Below, piece after piece: positions 37,939 to 40,913 of a stretch of 40,913 nt of DNA (position 1 is the first letter of the stretch; each line of letters opens with the position of its first letter). The translations under genes and the position numbers were made by a program. Source of the stretch: Candidatus Sphingobacterium stercoripullorum (GTDB taxonomy: Bacteria; Bacteroidota; Bacteroidia; Sphingobacteriales; Sphingobacteriaceae). The stretch lies in assembly GCA_019114715.1 (NCBI GenBank), contig DXEZ01000328.1, forward strand, positions 1 through 40,913, read 5' to 3'. The notes under the pieces were generated by a model. That model was not told where the DNA came from. It was given only the letters and a program-made list of their open reading frames with translations, and ran no database searches.

Positions 37939-39366
37939 ATGTTTAAAAGAGTATACATGAGACAGTGTTACAACAAAATTTTAGCAATAACAGTAGGCGT
38001 ACTGGCCAGTACAAGTTCTTATGCACAGCAGCAGTGGCTGGAGAAGCCATTAGAGTACCCATTGAAAATGGCTCTAGAGCAAAATGCAGAACTACAAATC
38101 AAAGAACTGGAATCCAGTAAAACGGCACTAGAGATCGGAGAGGTTGAGGCGAAAAGGCTACCTCACGTATCGGCAATAGGCGCTTACGGGTATTTAAATT
38201 CTACAATAAATTTAGATATCCCAACCCATGAATTACCCTTAACCGGTTTAGAGTTGTTTAGTGGTTCTCAGACCGTAAAAAACAGTTCTCAATTACTAGT
38301 AGGTGGGGTTTCTGCACAACAAGTGCTGTTTACAGGTCTACAAATTCCCAATGGAATTAAAGCACTGGAAGAAAAAAGGAAAGCTCAAAAGTGGATGCAG
38401 CTTGCTGAAAAGGAGAAGCTTGTAAAAGAAATCATAGCCACCTTCGATCAGTTGATGCTATTAAAACACGTAGATGTGTTAATTGAAGATTCTGAGCGCA
38501 GATTGGAGAAAGAACATAAAAAGGTACTCAAAGCCATTGATTTAGGCCTAGCGATCCCTTACGACAGAGAGAAACTGAAGCTGGCAATGCTAGAGCTGGA
38601 AGAGAAAAAAGTAGAGGTTAGCGGAAATCGGACTTTATTACTATCCAAACTGCAACAGTTAACACACATCAGCTCCCAGGAGCTAGAGGAAATAGAATAC
38701 GAGCTTGCTGAGCTAAAGGTGGAAGATGTACCATTGTCTGCCGACAATAGATCTGAACTGCAAGCCTTAAAGGCAGGTATCAATGCTCAGGAATATGTCC
38801 TTAAAAAAGAAAAAGGCGCTAGGATGCCTACTGTATTTGCATTTGGGTCAGCCAACTACATCAATGCTTTTAACAGTAACATTACGATAAAAGATGCTCC
38901 CATTGCCGGAGATGTAGCTTTAAAAAGTAATCACTTGAGGTTAGCGCCTAACTTCCTAGTTGGAATAGGAGCCAAGTGGAATATTTTTGACGGTGGTGAA
39001 CAAAGGAAGAAAATACAAAAGGCAGAAATTGATCACCAGATTAGTATCAAAAAGACGCAAGACACAAAGGATAAACTTGAGCTATTGCTTGATAAAAACA
39101 AAACAGACTATATTTTATCACGCCAGAAATTAAAAGTAGGTCAGCAGCAAATAAAAGTTTCAGAGAACAACCTCAGACTTGCCTCAAAGCAATTTGAATC
39201 GGGTTTGATTGATCTGACCGAGCGCCTTGCAATGGAAAATGAATACTATAAAGTCAGTTTAAACTATTTTAATCAAATATTAAATCAAAGGCGTTCATCG
39301 ATTGAATTGTTGCACGCTAGTGGAATTTTATTGGAGAAAATCTTTAATAATGAAGAAAATAAATAA
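37939..39366 (+). CDS. TolC-family outer-membrane efflux protein
   Basis: Signal peptide ending SSYA-QQ; LFTGLQI, KWNIFDGG, FESGLIDLTERL. Start is ATG 37939 or 37957. Confidence 0.9.
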   Translation: MFKRVYMRQCYNKILAITVGVLASTSSYAQQQWLEKPLEYPLKMALEQNAELQIKELESSKTALEIGEVEAKRLPHVSAIGAYGYLNSTINLDIPTHELPLTGLELFSGSQTVKNSSQLLVGGVSAQQVLFTGLQIPNGIKALEEKRKAQKWMQLAEKEKLVKEIIATFDQLMLLKHVDVLIEDSERRLEKEHKKVLKAIDLGLAIPYDREKLKLAMLELEEKKVEVSGNRTLLLSKLQQLTHISSQELEEIEYELAELKVEDVPLSADNRSELQALKAGINAQEYVLKKEKGARMPTVFAFGSANYINAFNSNITIKDAPIAGDVALKSNHLRLAPNFLVGIGAKWNIFDGGEQRKKIQKAEIDHQISIKKTQDTKDKLELLLDKNKTDYILSRQKLKVGQQQIKVSENNLRLASKQFESGLIDLTERLAMENEYYKVSLNYFNQILNQRRSSIELLHASGILLEKIFNNEENK

Positions 39367-40318
39367 GCTTATCGGTTTAGGCATCATTACTTTAATGGCC
39401 TCATGTAATCAAAAAGAAGCGATCGATCCAATTTGGATGGGTAAGATTGAAAGAGAAGATATCTCTGTAGTGACGAAAGTTCCTGGTAAGGTTGAAGAGA
39501 TTTTAGTTGAAGAAGGGCAGATCGTCCATAAAGGAGATACATTATTAATATTAGAAATGCCGGAAGTTGGCGCCAAGCAAGAACAAGCCCAAGGTGCTCT
39601 AGATGCTGCAAGCGCACAATATGAAATGGCTAGAAAAGGAGCTACTAGTGGACAAATCAAGCAGTTGGAAGCTAAAGTAAACGGCCTAAAGCAACAATTT
39701 GATTTTGCACAAAAGTCACTTGACCGCTTAACTGAGTTATTACAGGACAGCCTTGTTCCTCAGCAGCAATACGATGAGGTTTATGCCAAATATATTGGCG
39801 CTCAAAATCAATATATTGCAGCAGAGACGCAATTAGTGGAAGCTAGAGAAGGAGCTAGGCAAGAGCAGCAGCTTATGGCCTTAGGTCAAAAGGGAAGAGC
39901 ACAAGGTGCTATGAGCGAAGTGGAGATTGCATCAAAAGAGCGTTATGTCATTGCACCCCAGGACATGTCTATTGAAAATATCAACTTGAAAATAGGGGAG
40001 CTTGCCTTACCGGGGTATCCTATTGTTGGAGGCTACTTAAATGAATCTACTTATTTTAGATTTACTATACCTGAAAATCAAATGGGAGAGATCACCAAAG
40101 GAAAAAAAGTATCGGTGAGCGTTCCTTATAAAGAGGATATGAAAGTAGAAGGGAAAGTAGCGCTTATAAAAGCCCTAAGCTCTTATGCAAACATTGCTAC
40201 GGCATATCCTGATTTTGATAATCAACAAGCATTATTTGAAGTGAAAGTGATGCCTACAGATCATACGCAAGTGAATGATTTGATAACTAAAGCATCAGTT
40301 TCTTTAGAATTAGAATAA
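39350..40318 (+). CDS. HlyD-family periplasmic adaptor lipoprotein
   Basis: Lipobox LMASC, KVPGKVEEILVEEGQIVHKGDTL, coiled-coil hairpin, GELALPGYP. ATG at 39350. Confidence 0.9.
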   Translation: MKKINKLIGLGIITLMASCNQKEAIDPIWMGKIEREDISVVTKVPGKVEEILVEEGQIVHKGDTLLILEMPEVGAKQEQAQGALDAASAQYEMARKGATSGQIKQLEAKVNGLKQQFDFAQKSLDRLTELLQDSLVPQQQYDEVYAKYIGAQNQYIAAETQLVEAREGARQEQQLMALGQKGRAQGAMSEVEIASKERYVIAPQDMSIENINLKIGELALPGYPIVGGYLNESTYFRFTIPENQMGEITKGKKVSVSVPYKEDMKVEGKVALIKALSSYANIATAYPDFDNQQALFEVKVMPTDHTQVNDLITKASVSLELE

Positions 40319-40323
40319 TAATT

Positions 40324-40913
40324 ATGAAGGTGTTCTTCGAATTAATTAAGAGAGAGTTTAAGTTATTTTTTAATAACAAGGTACTTCGACTTTTGTTTAT
40401 CGGAGCACCTATACTCTATGGCGTTTTGATTGGGAGCGTCTACCAAAAAGGGAAAATAACTGATCTTCCTATTTTAGTTGTCGATGAGGATAATAGTACG
40501 ATGAGCTCCAAGCTTATCGATATGCTAGAGGAGACCGAGGCCATTGAAGTTTCTGCGGTATTACCCTCTATTTTTGGCTCACGAGACTTAGCTATAGAAA
40601 AAGAAGCTACCGTTATACTTCACATTCCAAAGGGCTTTACTTCTGGTATTCAGCAGAATAAACTCCCAGAATTAACACTTTATGTAGATGCCTCTAACAC
40701 GCTAACTTCCAATACGGCTATGATGGCGGTAAATATAGCGGCAAGCACCATGAAGGCGGGGATACAAATAGAGAAGCAAATGAAGCAAGGGGTTCCAGCA
40801 CATGTCGCCCAACAGCAATTCGAACCCTTTAAAACCACGATCATTAGGCAGAGTATTCGCTCAAGCAACTACTTGTATTTTATGATGCCGGGAATCCTCC
40901 TCACCGTATTTCA
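40324..40913 (+). CDS. ABC-2 type permease (YhhJ/YbhR-like), 3' truncated by window edge
   Basis: MKVFFELIKREFKLFFNNKVLRLLFIGAPILYGVLIGSVY...DLPILVVDEDNSTMS...NYLYFMMPGILL; open to the window end and absent from the ORF track. Confidence 0.88.
   Translation, partial: MKVFFELIKREFKLFFNNKVLRLLFIGAPILYGVLIGSVYQKGKITDLPILVVDEDNSTMSSKLIDMLEETEAIEVSAVLPSIFGSRDLAIEKEATVILHIPKGFTSGIQQNKLPELTLYVDASNTLTSNTAMMAVNIAASTMKAGIQIEKQMKQGVPAHVAQQQFEPFKTTIIRQSIRSSNYLYFMMPGILLTVF

Noticed and set aside
1300-40868. The many 60-116 aa ORFs in the track that lie antisense to, or overlap, long genes (e.g. 1300-1605, 2793-3104, 12619-13080, 26260-26647, 30544-31185, 40680-40868)
   Set aside because: They are shadows of well-supported genes on the other strand or frame and show no recognisable motifs.
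1-40913. CRISPR arrays, IS elements, integrases, prophage genes, rRNA
   Set aside because: No regularly spaced repeats, transposase, recombinase or phage motifs, or rRNA-like sequence were seen.

Overview
Core chromosomal segment of a Bacteroidota genome. It looks Sphingobacteriaceae-like, judging from the TAnnTTTG promoters, A-rich starts without Shine-Dalgarno sequences, the long-form nusB-DUF1573-yajC-YbbR-coaE cluster and the split 5'-nucleotidase; this taxonomic call is an inference. It carries about 40 mostly housekeeping CDSs: a TolC/MFP/RND efflux operon, ppk1, fabG, accA, tyrA plus an aminotransferase, prmC, ribD, ubiX, two GT2 glycosyltransferases, nusB, yajC, coaE, and a Crp-linked TolC/HlyD/ABC-2 operon. 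There is also one tRNA-Arg(TCT). I see no CRISPR array, integrase or IS element. The items most worth follow-up lie between or inside the genes: (1) a compact unannotated promoter-hairpin-seed-terminator sRNA candidate upstream of ubiX, whose single-stranded part is complementary to ATGAAAAA start codons; (2) a boxA element placed directly on the nusB translation start; (3) a decayed AbiEi/AbiEii-type toxin-antitoxin pair; (4) an orphan LytTR regulator with a 21-bp-period direct repeat beside the tRNA 3' end; (5) a dihydroorotase homolog that has lost its catalytic residues. All family assignments come from motif recognition and memory; no database search was run.
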